Positions 10,059 to 21,163 of a stretch of 64,000 nt of DNA are shown here, piece after piece. A program made the position numbers and the translations under genes. The number at the start of each line of letters is the position of its first letter. Within the stretch, counting starts at the first letter, position 1. Location: contig CAVZLN010000008.1 of NCBI GenBank assembly GCA_963776245.1, positions 288,001 through 352,000 of the forward strand. Direction: 5' to 3'. The stretch is from Candidatus Eiseniibacteriota bacterium. GTDB taxonomy: Bacteria; Eisenbacteria; RBG-16-71-46. A model generated the notes under the pieces. That model did not search any database. It worked only from the letters and a program-made list of their open reading frames with translations, and was not told the origin of the DNA.

Positions 10059-13000
10059 CAGAAGGTGAACTGAGCGCGCAGCTCGACGGTGATGCTGCGG
10101 CGCATGATGTCCTGCTGGATGTTGTGGGTCTGCAGGAAGCCGAGCGCCGCATTGCCGGAGACGTTCGAGCTGAAGCCGTAGCTGCCATTGCCCCGCAGCG
10201 AGATGCGATTCTCGTTCTTGGGATAGATGGGGACCGAGCGCCGTCCCCGCAGGATGCGGACGGTCTGTCCGGTGCTCTTCTCGTACGCACCCGCCACGCC
10301 GAGGGACACGCTGGTCCTCACGGTGGAAGTGCGGCCCAGCACGTTCACCTTCTGACCCTGCGTATACGAGCGGTTCAGGCTGAAGTTCATGGTGGTGTTC
10401 ACGTCCTCCTGCACCGTCTGGACGAGCCGGAAGTTCTCGCGGCTGGTGCTGCGCCGGTCGACCTTGAGTTCCACGCGGGTCCCGTTGCGGAGGTCCCCAT
10501 TGAGACTGAACAGCGGGCGCATGTCCCATCCGTCCGAGGCCGTCGTCAGGGTGCCGCCCAGCCGTTCCCAGCTCCGCGCGCGCGACAGCGAAGTGCGCAG
10601 GCGCGGATTGGTGAGCAGCTTGTCGAGACGCACCGCGGTCGGGATGCGCCCGTAGTCCACCTCGAGGTCCGGGAATCGCATCGCGGTGGTGGCCGAGCGG
10701 ACCTCGTTGTTCTCGCGCTGCTGGTCCGAGACCTCGGCGCGCGAGGAGAGCGCCGCCCCCAGGCCGATGTCGATGCGCGAACGCATCGACGCGCTGCGCA
10801 TCAGCGTCCGGCCTTCCTGATTCCCGTACTGGGCCCGCACCCGCCCGGTCCCGTCGGGCGCGAGGCCCGGATCGTCGCTGACGCCCATCATGTAGAGCAG
10901 GCTCGGCGTGCCGGTGAGCCGGGCGAAGTTGGACGACTTGGTCACCGAGCTCTCGAACGAGACCGTGCCGAGCCGGGCGAGCACGCTGGCCGGGCGGAAC
11001 GGGGCGCGCGACGGCGCCGCTCCGGTGTCGCGACGGGCCGGCGTGGCGGTCGGCGGCTTGCCGAGGCGGTCGAACGGCAGCTCCCAGGAGAGCCGCGCGC
11101 CCTGGCCGTTGTTCACCGAGCGCACGCTCAGGTCGGACGACAGTTCCGGCCCGTTGTTCTGCCCGTAGCTTGAATTCCACGAGAGTCTCGGGCGCAGCCA
11201 GGGGCCGCGCTGGAGCGTCAGGTCGGCATCCATGCTCTGCGCCCAGCGCACCACGCGGCCGAAGTTGATCTTGCCCAGCATCCCCCCCTGCTTGAGCAGG
11301 CTCGGATCGAGCGAGAGATTGCGCACGCCCTCGAAATGATGGTGGAGGAGGTCGATGGGGCGCGAATCGCCGCCGAACGACACCATCGCGCTGCGGCCGC
11401 GCGTGGCATTGCGCAGCAGCAGGGAGTCGGCATACCCGCGCACACGGTCCCAGGTGGAGTCCACGCTCGACGACATCGCGTAGCGCCAGTACAGCCGTTC
11501 CGGCAGCGGGTAGAAACGGGCCTTGGTGCGGGGCAGACCGAGGGACCACACGCCGCGCGGGGCGATGTCCCAGTTGACGGCCTGGCTCGTCGTCCGATGG
11601 TTGCCCAGCGTGCTGGGGTTCCGATTCTCCGACCACGTCTTGGAAAGGCTCGCGCTGATGCCGCCGAGGGTGTAGCGGAGCAGCGGGTTCGACCGCGCGC
11701 CCCAGTTGCGCGCGTACGCCGTGCTGAAGGAGCGCGTGCTCGAGCGCGACTCGCTCGCCTTGGCGAGAAAGCCGGTCCGCACCACATCGTCACCGGCGGT
11801 GAAGCGCGGCTTGGAGGACGTGCTCGAGTACCCGTAGGTCAGCGGCAGCGTGATCCCGGTCCCCTCGAAGAAGCGGTGCAACTGCAGCGTGCCTCCCAGG
11901 TTGGCCTGGTTCTGGCTGCTGCCGGTGCCGCGCGTCTCCCCGACCGTGAGGAAGTCCGCGTCGCGCGAGTTGAGCGAACCGGAGTACTGGAGGAGGTTGG
12001 CGATGTTCCCGCTGGCCGAGAATCTCCCGGCCTTCCCGACGTCCTTCGCCACGTCGGTGGCGCGGAACTCGTCGATCCAGAGCTGCCCCTGGCTCCAACT
12101 GCGCGCGGTCACCCCGGATCCGTTGATCAGCCCGACCGAGATGCGCCTCAGCCGGGTGAACGAGGGCCGCCCCTTGACGACGTATCGCACCCCGCCGGGG
12201 CCGGCCGCCTCGTAGAGGATCGGATCGGTCTGCGGGAAGCGGTCCTGGAGCTTGAGGTTCGACAGGTCGGTGAGCGTCAGCGAGATGCGGCTCCAGCGCA
12301 CGTTGCCGGCCGTCGAGGCGGCCGGCACCGGGGCCCGGTATTCGTAGTAATTGCGGCCGTTCTCGTCGGAGGCGAAGCGCACGAAGTACCACAGCGTGTC
12401 GCGCCCCGGATCGTAGCCCGGGATGTCGAAGCCGGTCACGTACCATTCGAGCTTGCCGTAGCGGCTGTAGTTCTCGTCCACCGAGAACGCCTTGTACGCC
12501 TCGAGCGTGTCGCCGCGGTCGAGACGCGCGAACTCGAGCGCCAGCGACTGTTCGCGGCGCGCCACCTCCTGTGCGCCGTTGCGCGTCTGGCCGGGATCGA
12601 ACGGCGGCACGTACAGGTCGGCGTTGTCGACCGAGTTCACGGTATTGAGCGTGAGCGTGGTGCCCTTCGCGGTGAGCCGCGCGGTCACCGCGTTCGACTG
12701 CCACCGGCTGCCCACGATGTCGAGCCCGCCGAGGACGAGCAACGGGCGCACGACCAGGTTCTTGCCGTCGTTCCACAGCGCCTCGGTCGCGGGATCCGGG
12801 TCCGGGTTCACGATGCCCTCGACCCACACGCGCACGTGCCTCGCGAGCGCGAGGTTCGCGTTGCCGAACTCGAGGCGGCGCTTGTCGTCGAGCGGGATGC
12901 GGTAGCGACGCCAGCCGTTGTCCGGGCTCACCGCGCCCGGGAAGTCCCGCTGGATGTCGGACACCAGATACGAGGTGGAGTCCTCCGAGGCCTTCGCCTC

Positions 13001-16000
13001 GTTGCCGAGATCGAGGGTGTACTCGAAATAGCCCTCCTGCGTGTCGAGGATGCCGTTCGAGTTGAGGTCCTCGGTGTCGGGCGTCGGGTTGACCCGCCGG
13101 TTCCCCTCCGCGCCATTGGAATAGCGGAAGCGCCGCGCGTCGAGATCGTTCGGATAGCTCTCGATCGGGGTGCCGAAGTCGTCGCCCGCGGGGTCCTGAT
13201 CGCCCGCGGTGGACAGGTCGCGCGCCGGCAACTTCTCGATGACGTCCTTGGAGTCCTTGGAATTCCGCTGGCTCAGCTTGCCATCGTACCCGGTGTCCTC
13301 GTTGTCGCTCTCAACCGCGCTCAACTGACCGTCCAGGTTGCGGTCCTCGGTGTCGAGCACGTTGTTCGGGGGCTCGTCGGGCGAGCGCATCTGGTCCTCG
13401 CTCACCTGTCCGATGTCCACGTGGAGCTTCACGTGGCGGCCGCGGACACGGGGCACGCCGACGCCGGTGTGGAGGTCGTTGAAGTCGTTCACCCACAGCT
13501 CGATGAATTGCGAGCGCGTGAGGTCGAGCCCGACCGGATCGAGGGGATAGGTGAGCGACACCCACAGCGAGTCGGTCGGGCTCAGGTCCGGGGCCCGCGC
13601 GCCGGTAGGGCGCCGGGGCACCGAGATCGCCAGCGCCTGGCGGTTGTTGTTGGCGCCCTGGGCCTCGTTGAGATTGGGCTTGAGGTCCTTCTCCTTGATG
13701 CCGGTGGGCGGGGTGTACCAGTGCACCTCGGCGTTCTTGACGAAGGTCAGGCTCGGGCTGGTGAGCCGGGTGATGTTGCCGCTCTCGAGCCGGCTGGGCA
13801 CGCTGCCGTAGCGCCAACGCTCGGGGCTCATCGTCAGCGAGACCGCGTCGCGGATCCCCTCCATGTCGTCGATGAACACCTCGTTGCGGGTGTTCGGGTT
13901 CGGGAACGACATGCCTCCCTCGGCCTGGACGCTCAGGTCCGAGGGCGCGGTGGTGCGCACCCCGGGCAGGCGATCGGCCAGCCGCGTGAGCCACGCGGGA
14001 TGGACGGTCCACTGCGTGTTGAGGTCCCCGATCAGGCTGCGCGAGGGCTCCTCGCCGAGTCGCGGGCGCAGGTCCTGCGCGCCACGGCTCTCGTAGAGGA
14101 ACGCGCCGCCCATCGAGCGCTCGCGGCCCTCGATCCGGAACGCGCTCCCCAGCAGCGTGCGGCCCGCCTGCTGGAACAGCGGGGCGTACGAGTAGTCGAT
14201 GTTGAGATTGTCCGCCGCCCCCACCTGCTTCTTCATCGTGACGCGCCCGAGGTCGTAGTCGATGACGTAGTCGCGATCGCGCACGAGGACCTGCCCGTTG
14301 ATGGTGACGACGTCCGAGCCCTCCATGATGTTCCCGCGCCCGAGCTGGATCTCGCCGCCGGCCTTCGCGGCGGTGAAGTCCACGTCGATGAAGTACAGCG
14401 CGTCCTGATTGCGCTCCATCGTGTACTTGTCGTAGATGAGCGCGTTCGCGCCGTCGAGCGAGTCGCGCGGGCCCACCAGCGTGGCGCGTCTCAGCAGGGC
14501 CCGGTTGATGCGCATCTCGAAGCTGGTGGTGTCCGGGCCCGCGATGCGCGGCGCGAAGGGGCGCGGGTCGGGGAAGAACAGCACGCCGTTCTCGTAGTCC
14601 ACGAACACGTTGTAGGGCGCGCTCTGATCGTCCTTGAGCGCCGTGCCGTCCACCGCCCCGTCGTGCCCCCGGGTCGGGATGCCGCTGGTCTCGTCGAGAT
14701 TGTCGAGCCCCAGCAGCTCGATGTAGGGGATCGAGACGGAGCCCCGCACCAGGGAGGTGACCGGCGGGATGGTGACGTCGCGGCGGATGCTGAGCTGGAA
14801 GGTCTTGGGGTCGATGCGCGAGCCCGGCAGCTGGTAGAAGTTCCGCAGTTCGAGATCGCGCACCCGGTCCAGCGGACGGGTGGTGTCGAACAGCCCGGTG
14901 AGCGGGTCCCGGCCCATCGCGCTGACCGGCGCGCGCAGCAGCTTCAGGGTCAGCGACGAGTCGGCCTCCACGCCGCCGCCCACCTGGATGTCGTACGGAC
15001 CGGTCGAGCCCGCCGGGCGCGCCACGAACGTCACCCCCAGTCGCTGCTCGCCGGTCAGCGGCTGGCGCATGCGCAGGACCTTGAAGTACGGCCCGTACAC
15101 CTGGAGGATCTCGTAGTCCTCGCGGTTCGAGATCGCGAACACGCCGCGCGAGTAGGCGGTGTCGCCCGGGAAGCCGGGTCGCAGGCGCGGGTCCACGTAC
15201 GCGCGGCCCTTGACCGAGCCGGTGCCGTCGTTGGTGAAGATCGCGTCGTCCACGTAGACGTGGATGCTCGAATCCGGGATGTCGAGCGTCTCGAGGTTGG
15301 GATCGTAGAGCAGGAAGTACACGCCCTTCAGGTAGTCGGCGTCGAACAGCGTCCGCTGCTCGTGCGAGGCCCCTCCCCCGTACGAGGCGCGCTCGCTCCG
15401 GCCCTCCTGCTTGCTGGCCAGCACGGTGAAGTCGAGCGGGCCCGTGCGGGTCGCGAGCTTGGCGCCGAACAGGCCCTCGTTCTTGCCCGAGTACGACACG
15501 TACTGCGTGCCGGGCAGGGTCAGGCTGGTGTTGCCGAGGTCGAGCGCCTGGACCACGTCCTCCTCGTCGCCGCGGTAGTTGATGGCGATGCGGTTGGCGA
15601 GCGGGATCTGGTAGGCCGAGTTCTGGAGCAGGTTGACCTTGACGCGGTCCGACAGCTGTCCCTCGAGGCGGATGTCGAGGTTCTGCTGCATGTCGAGGGA
15701 CGGGAACATCGATTGCTTCTGGCCCAGCAATCCGATCTGCTGGTTGGACCAGTTGCTGGTGCCCGAGAGCGTGATGTTCTCGGAGCCCGACACGTTGATG
15801 GCCGGCCCGCCCGGCCCGAGCCAGGACTGCACGCGCTTGGGCAGCGGCGACGGCAACTGGAACGAGATCCCGCTCTCGCGCTGCTGCTGGGCACTCGACC
15901 CGGCCATGGTGTTGATCTGGCAGCGCGAGCGCTCCCGCCAGGAGCGCTCGAAACTGGCGCGCTTCAGGTCGTGCACGTACTCGCGCAGCGGGATGCGCGT

Positions 16001-16315
16001 CCCCTCGTCCAGCGCCACCTCGCCGAACTCGGTCCGCGCGCGCACCTCGCTCGAGTCGGGGTCGAAGTCCACGCGCAGCTTGCGCGGGTCGTAGCGGAGG
16101 AGCATGCCGGGCCGCCCGGGGCGGCTCAGGGGGCGCAACTGGGCGCCCACGAAGCGGCTCTCGAGCGCCAGTCGCGACACGCTCCGCCACGCCGGGGGCA
16201 GGGTGTCCGCCAGCACCGGCGTGACGTGCTTCTTGAGGCCGAAGCCGGGGAAGGGGCCGAAGCCGGGGAAGGCGATGAGCACGGCCAAGGCCGGCAGAGT
16301 CAGGGCATTCAGCAT
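10058..16315 (-). CDS. sprA: Type IX secretion translocon SprA/Sov-like outer-membrane barrel (2085 aa)
   Basis: LDMQQNLDIRLEGQLSDRVKV, I.YRGDEEDVVQALDLGNTSL, GLFGAKL...GPL, LELRNFYQL, DYVIDYDLG, EVFIDDMEG, IGQVSED, PDTEDLN.NG.LD, GWRRYRIPL, REQSLAL, NYYEYR, GQLWIDEFR; amphipathic beta-strands ending in the C-terminal Phe. Confidence 0.85.
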   Translation of the reverse strand: MLNALTLPALAVLIAFPGFGPFPGFGLKKHVTPVLADTLPPAWRSVSRLALESRFVGAQLRPLSRPGRPGMLLRYDPRKLRVDFDPDSSEVRARTEFGEVALDEGTRIPLREYVHDLKRASFERSWRERSRCQINTMAGSSAQQQRESGISFQLPSPLPKRVQSWLGPGGPAINVSGSENITLSGTSNWSNQQIGLLGQKQSMFPSLDMQQNLDIRLEGQLSDRVKVNLLQNSAYQIPLANRIAINYRGDEEDVVQALDLGNTSLTLPGTQYVSYSGKNEGLFGAKLATRTGPLDFTVLASKQEGRSERASYGGGASHEQRTLFDADYLKGVYFLLYDPNLETLDIPDSSIHVYVDDAIFTNDGTGSVKGRAYVDPRLRPGFPGDTAYSRGVFAISNREDYEILQVYGPYFKVLRMRQPLTGEQRLGVTFVARPAGSTGPYDIQVGGGVEADSSLTLKLLRAPVSAMGRDPLTGLFDTTRPLDRVRDLELRNFYQLPGSRIDPKTFQLSIRRDVTIPPVTSLVRGSVSIPYIELLGLDNLDETSGIPTRGHDGAVDGTALKDDQSAPYNVFVDYENGVLFFPDPRPFAPRIAGPDTTSFEMRINRALLRRATLVGPRDSLDGANALIYDKYTMERNQDALYFIDVDFTAAKAGGEIQLGRGNIMEGSDVVTINGQVLVRDRDYVIDYDLGRVTMKKQVGAADNLNIDYSYAPLFQQAGRTLLGSAFRIEGRERSMGGAFLYESRGAQDLRPRLGEEPSRSLIGDLNTQWTVHPAWLTRLADRLPGVRTTAPSDLSVQAEGGMSFPNPNTRNEVFIDDMEGIRDAVSLTMSPERWRYGSVPSRLESGNITRLTSPSLTFVKNAEVHWYTPPTGIKEKDLKPNLNEAQGANNNRQALAISVPRRPTGARAPDLSPTDSLWVSLTYPLDPVGLDLTRSQFIELWVNDFNDLHTGVGVPRVRGRHVKLHVDIGQVSEDQMRSPDEPPNNVLDTEDRNLDGQLSAVESDNEDTGYDGKLSQRNSKDSKDVIEKLPARDLSTAGDQDPAGDDFGTPIESYPNDLDARRFRYSNGAEGNRRVNPTPDTEDLNSNGILDTQEGYFEYTLDLGNEAKASEDSTSYLVSDIQRDFPGAVSPDNGWRRYRIPLDDKRRLEFGNANLALARHVRVWVEGIVNPDPDPATEALWNDGKNLVVRPLLVLGGLDIVGSRWQSNAVTARLTAKGTTLTLNTVNSVDNADLYVPPFDPGQTRNGAQEVARREQSLALEFARLDRGDTLEAYKAFSVDENYSRYGKLEWYVTGFDIPGYDPGRDTLWYFVRFASDENGRNYYEYRAPVPAASTAGNVRWSRISLTLTDLSNLKLQDRFPQTDPILYEAAGPGGVRYVVKGRPSFTRLRRISVGLINGSGVTARSWSQGQLWIDEFRATDVAKDVGKAGRFSASGNIANLLQYSGSLNSRDADFLTVGETRGTGSSQNQANLGGTLQLHRFFEGTGITLPLTYGYSSTSSKPRFTAGDDVVRTGFLAKASESRSSTRSFSTAYARNWGARSNPLLRYTLGGISASLSKTWSENRNPSTLGNHRTTSQAVNWDIAPRGVWSLGLPRTKARFYPLPERLYWRYAMSSSVDSTWDRVRGYADSLLLRNATRGRSAMVSFGGDSRPIDLLHHHFEGVRNLSLDPSLLKQGGMLGKINFGRVVRWAQSMDADLTLQRGPWLRPRLSWNSSYGQNNGPELSSDLSVRSVNNGQGARLSWELPFDRLGKPPTATPARRDTGAAPSRAPFRPASVLARLGTVSFESSVTKSSNFARLTGTPSLLYMMGVSDDPGLAPDGTGRVRAQYGNQEGRTLMRSASMRSRIDIGLGAALSSRAEVSDQQRENNEVRSATTAMRFPDLEVDYGRIPTAVRLDKLLTNPRLRTSLSRARSWERLGGTLTTASDGWDMRPLFSLNGDLRNGTRVELKVDRRSTSRENFRLVQTVQEDVNTTMNFSLNRSYTQGQKVNVLGRTSTVRTSVSLGVAGAYEKSTGQTVRILRGRRSVPIYPKNENRISLRGNGSYGFSSNVSGNAALGFLQTHNIQQDIMRRSITVELRAQFTF

Positions 16316-16441
16316 CGGATCGGCGAGGGTCCCTCAGGGAGCGAGAGCATGGGCGACCCTATCAGCCTGCCTTCGGTGGGTCAAAGCATTGGGCGGCTTT
16401 TCGTTCGCTCCCGCCCCGGCGCCTGAGGTAGGCTCCGGCGC

Positions 16442-17812
16442 GTGCGCATCCTTCGTACCTACATCCTTCGCCTGCATCTGGTTCCGTTCGTCCTGGGCTT
16501 CGGGGTGGTGACGTTCATCCTCGAGATGGACGTCCTGTTCGACTACCTCGACCTGCTCGTGAACCGGGGGGTGGATCCGGCCATCGTCGGGCAGTTGTTC
16601 GTGCTCTCGCTCGGTTACATCGTGGCGCTGAGCGCCCCGTGCGCGGTCCTGGTGGCCGTGCTCATGACGTTCGGGCGGCTGTCGCAGGACAACGAGATCA
16701 CGGCCCTTCGCGCCGGGGGGGTGAACCTCGGGAGCGTCCTCCTCGGGCCGATCGCCGCCTCGGTCCTGCTGACGGTGGGGCTCACCCTGTTCAACAACCA
16801 CGTGCTCCCCGAGTCCAACCACGCCTTCGCCAATCTCCTGATCGACATCGGGCGTATGCGACCGACCGTGAAGCTCCAGGAGGGCGTGTTCATCACCGAC
16901 TTCCCGGGCTACAACCTGCTGGTCCAGTCGGTGAACGGGCGCACCAACGAGCTGCACGGCGTGACCATCTACCAGTTCAATCCCGGCGGCCCGCCGCGCA
17001 CGATCATCGCCAAGCGCGGCCTGCTCTCGTACACGCCGGACGGCCACGACGCGGTGCTCGAGCTCGCCGACGGGGAGATCCATGAGGTGGTGGCGGAGGA
17101 GCAGGGCTCGCGCCGCTATCACCGGCTGGTGTTCAAGACCCAGGTCATCCACATCCTCGGCGCCGGCGGCGTCCTCGAGCGCACGGTCCGCGACCAGCGC
17201 AGCGACCGTGAGATGAGCGCCCACGATCTGGCGGTAGAAGCCGCCAAGGTGCGCGCCCAGTACAACGACGCGTACGCCTCGCACGCCCGCCACCTGCTGG
17301 ACGCCGGGTACCCGCCGCAGGCGATCGACGCGCTCGCGCCCGACCATCTGCCGTGGGGGCGCCGCGTGGCGCGCGCGCTCGAGGCGCTCGGCGGGCGGCG
17401 CGACTCGTCGGCCGCGCAGGCGCTCACGGCCCCGCTCCTGCGGACGGAGCTCGAGCTGTGGGGACTCGAGAGCCACGCGCTGCGCCGGCGCATCGCAGGG
17501 CTTTCGGTCGAGTTCCACAAGAAGTTCTCGCTGCCCGCGGCGTGCGTGGTGTTCGTGCTCATCGGCGCGCCGATCGGGATGCGCGTGAAGCGGGCGGGCC
17601 CCGCGGTGGCGTTCGTCTCGGTGCTGTTCTTCCTGTTCTACTACCTGTGCCTGGTGGGGGGCGAGGAGCTCGCCAACCGCCTGTTGCTCCCGCCCTGGTT
17701 GTCGATGTGGCTGCCCAACCTGGTGCTCGGCCTGTGGGGGATCCACGCGACGCTGCGCGCCTGTGACCTGGGCGGGCTGGTGCCACGACGCACGCGCCGG
17801 GCGCACGCGTGA
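16442..17812 (+). CDS. lptF: LPS export ABC permease LptF
   Basis: MRILRTYI, FGRLSQDNEITALRAGG, FNNHVLPESN, VEFHKKFSLPAAC, PNLVLG. Confidence 0.9.
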   Translation: MRILRTYILRLHLVPFVLGFGVVTFILEMDVLFDYLDLLVNRGVDPAIVGQLFVLSLGYIVALSAPCAVLVAVLMTFGRLSQDNEITALRAGGVNLGSVLLGPIAASVLLTVGLTLFNNHVLPESNHAFANLLIDIGRMRPTVKLQEGVFITDFPGYNLLVQSVNGRTNELHGVTIYQFNPGGPPRTIIAKRGLLSYTPDGHDAVLELADGEIHEVVAEEQGSRRYHRLVFKTQVIHILGAGGVLERTVRDQRSDREMSAHDLAVEAAKVRAQYNDAYASHARHLLDAGYPPQAIDALAPDHLPWGRRVARALEALGGRRDSSAAQALTAPLLRTELELWGLESHALRRRIAGLSVEFHKKFSLPAACVVFVLIGAPIGMRVKRAGPAVAFVSVLFFLFYYLCLVGGEELANRLLLPPWLSMWLPNLVLGLWGIHATLRACDLGGLVPRRTRRAHA

Positions 17813-18888
17813 GGATCCTCGACCGGTACCTGCTGCGGGAGTTCGCCGGCTATCTCGCGCTCGGGCTCTGCGGGTTCATCGCCATCTTCGTGGTGGTGGA
17901 CATCTTCGAGAAGATCGACGTGTTCCTCGACCATCGCGCGCCCCTCGGACTGGTGGCGCGCTTCTACCTCTACCGCGCGCCCGAAGTGGTGGTGCAGGTG
18001 CTGCCGGTGGCCCTGCTGCTCGCCACCTTCCTCGCCCTCGGCCAGCTCAACAAGTTCGGAGAGCTGACCGCCATGCGGGCCGCCGGGGTCTCGCTGCTGC
18101 GGCTGCTGCGACCGGTGTTCCTGGTGGCGCTCGGCGCGGTGGCCACCGCGTTCCTGCTGAGCGAGCGCGTCGTCCCGGGCGCCAACCACGAACGCGACGT
18201 GATCTACGAGCGGCAGATCCAGGGGGTGCGGCACGAGGAGATCCGGGAGCGCGCCGACGTCACCTACCTCGGCGAGGGCGGCCGCATCTTCTACATGCGG
18301 CTCTACCTCGTGAAGGAGCGGCGCATGCACGAGGTCTCGGTGCAGGAGTTCCGCCTCGGCACCATCACCCGCCGCATCGACGCGGCCGAGGCCACCTGGG
18401 ACGGAACGAGCTGGGTGTTCGCGTCGGGCGTCACGCGCACCTTCACGCGCGGCAAGGAGACCGCGAAGCCCTTCGAGCGCCTGGCGCTGCACGGACTCGC
18501 CGAGCGGCCGGAGGACTTCGCCAAGGAGAGCCGCAATCCGGCCGAGATGGACTACGCCGAGCTGCGCGCCTACGTCCAGAAGCTGCGCGCCAGCGGCGCG
18601 CGGGTGGCGAACTACCTGGTGGACCTCCATCTCAAGCTGGCGTTCCCGCTCATCAACCTGATCGTGGTGCTGATCGGCGCCTCGCTCGCCACCCGGCTGC
18701 GCATGCAGGGAGCGGCGCTCGGGTTCGGGCTCTCGGTGGGCATCGCGTTCCTGTACTACGCGCTGCTGCGGGCCGGGCAGGCGCTGGGACACAACGGCGC
18801 GCTCCCGCCCTACCTGGCGGCGTGGCTCGCCGATCTGGTGTTCGGGTCGGTCGGGCTGGCGATGATCGCGTCCGCCCAGCGCCGCTGA
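17809..18888 (+). CDS. lptG: LPS export ABC permease LptG
   Basis: MRILDRYLLREF, LGQLNKFGELTAMRAAGVS, KLAFPL, LPPYLAAWL; GTGA overlap with lptF. Confidence 0.9.
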   Translation: MRILDRYLLREFAGYLALGLCGFIAIFVVVDIFEKIDVFLDHRAPLGLVARFYLYRAPEVVVQVLPVALLLATFLALGQLNKFGELTAMRAAGVSLLRLLRPVFLVALGAVATAFLLSERVVPGANHERDVIYERQIQGVRHEEIRERADVTYLGEGGRIFYMRLYLVKERRMHEVSVQEFRLGTITRRIDAAEATWDGTSWVFASGVTRTFTRGKETAKPFERLALHGLAERPEDFAKESRNPAEMDYAELRAYVQKLRASGARVANYLVDLHLKLAFPLINLIVVLIGASLATRLRMQGAALGFGLSVGIAFLYYALLRAGQALGHNGALPPYLAAWLADLVFGSVGLAMIASAQRR

Positions 18889-18904
18889 GCGCGGGCCCGC
18901 CCGG

Positions 18905-19588
18905 TCACACCTCGAACGCCCGCGGCAGCGCGTCGAGGGTCGCGCAGAACTCCACGTCCTCGGCGAACGGCCCGCCCAGCCCGCGCAGGAAGCGCCCGTG
19001 CGCGCTCCCCTGCACCCGGGCGCGGATCGCGGCGGCATCCCGCGGCGCGAGCCTCCGCGCGAGCCGCGCCGCGGGCCCCTCGAGGCGGGCGCCCCGCGCC
19101 TCGAGCCGCGCGCAGAGCAGCCCGGCGCACGAGACGTCCTCGAGCGCGAAGGCGCCCTCGCGGCCCGCGCACACCACCACCACCTGGTCCTCCCCCCGCA
19201 GCGCGTCGGCGACCGCGCTCAGGTTGATCACCGCGGCGAGCACGCGCCGGCGGGCGTGGCGCGCGCTCCGCAGTGCGAGCGAGCCGTTGGTCGAGGCGAA
19301 GAACAGCGTGCGTCCGCGCACTTCGGCGCCGCGATACTCGGCCGGGGAGTTGCCATGGTCGAAGCCCGGCACGATGCGGCCATCGCGCTCGCCGCAGGCC
19401 CACGCGCCCGGCGCGCGCGCGCGCCGCTCGAGCGCCTCGGCCGGCGTGGCCATCGCGACCACGGCCGCCGCGCCCGCGTCGAGCGCGACGGTGAGCGTGG
19501 TGGTGGCGCGGAGCACGTCGATGATGACGGCCGCGGCGCCGGGCGGCAGGTCCGCCGGGCCGGGCGTGAACCGCACTGAGACGCGCAT
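18905..19588 (-). CDS. comB: 2-phosphosulfolactate phosphatase family protein
   Basis: VIIDVLRATTT, GERDGRIVPGFDHGNSP, STNG, CAG..G.FALED..CAG. Confidence 0.9.
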   Translation of the reverse strand: MRVSVRFTPGPADLPPGAAAVIIDVLRATTTLTVALDAGAAAVVAMATPAEALERRARAPGAWACGERDGRIVPGFDHGNSPAEYRGAEVRGRTLFFASTNGSLALRSARHARRRVLAAVINLSAVADALRGEDQVVVVCAGREGAFALEDVSCAGLLCARLEARGARLEGPAARLARRLAPRDAAAIRARVQGSAHGRFLRGLGGPFAEDVEFCATLDALPRAFEV

Positions 19589-19599
19589 GTCCCCGGCGG

Positions 19600-19740
19600 C
19601 TAGACTGTGTCTGAGAAGCCCGATTGCGGCGTTGGCTTCGTCGCTCCTCGCTGCGGAGTATCTGTCGATACGCCTCGCTCGTCGCTCCTCGCCGGACCCG
19701 CTGCTGCGGGTACCCCGCAATCGGGCTTCTGAGACACAGC

Positions 19741-19744
<4 letters not shown>
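19600..19744. mobile_element. Putative MITE (145 bp including flanking CTAG) with ~30-bp terminal inverted repeats
   Basis: Left end CTAGACTGTGTCTGAGAAGCCCGATTGCGG versus the reverse complement of the right end CTAGGCTGTGTCTCAGAAGCCCGATTGCGG (2 mismatches in 30). CTAG at both ends; internal direct repeat CGTCGCTCCTCGC x2; no ORF. Confidence 0.7.
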
Positions 19745-21102
<1,358 letters not shown>

Positions 21103-21163
21103 GCTCCCCGCGGTGCGTCTGCGGCGGGGCCCACGGCGTCTCCGTGCGCCCCGCGCGACGCGG

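Noticed and set aside
3888..16426. Very long plus-strand ORFs (3888-7970, 7256-8800, 11336-16426) and similar antisense ORFs elsewhere
   Set aside because: These are shadow ORFs opposite real genes, caused by high GC3 and the scarcity of stop codons; no recognisable motifs.
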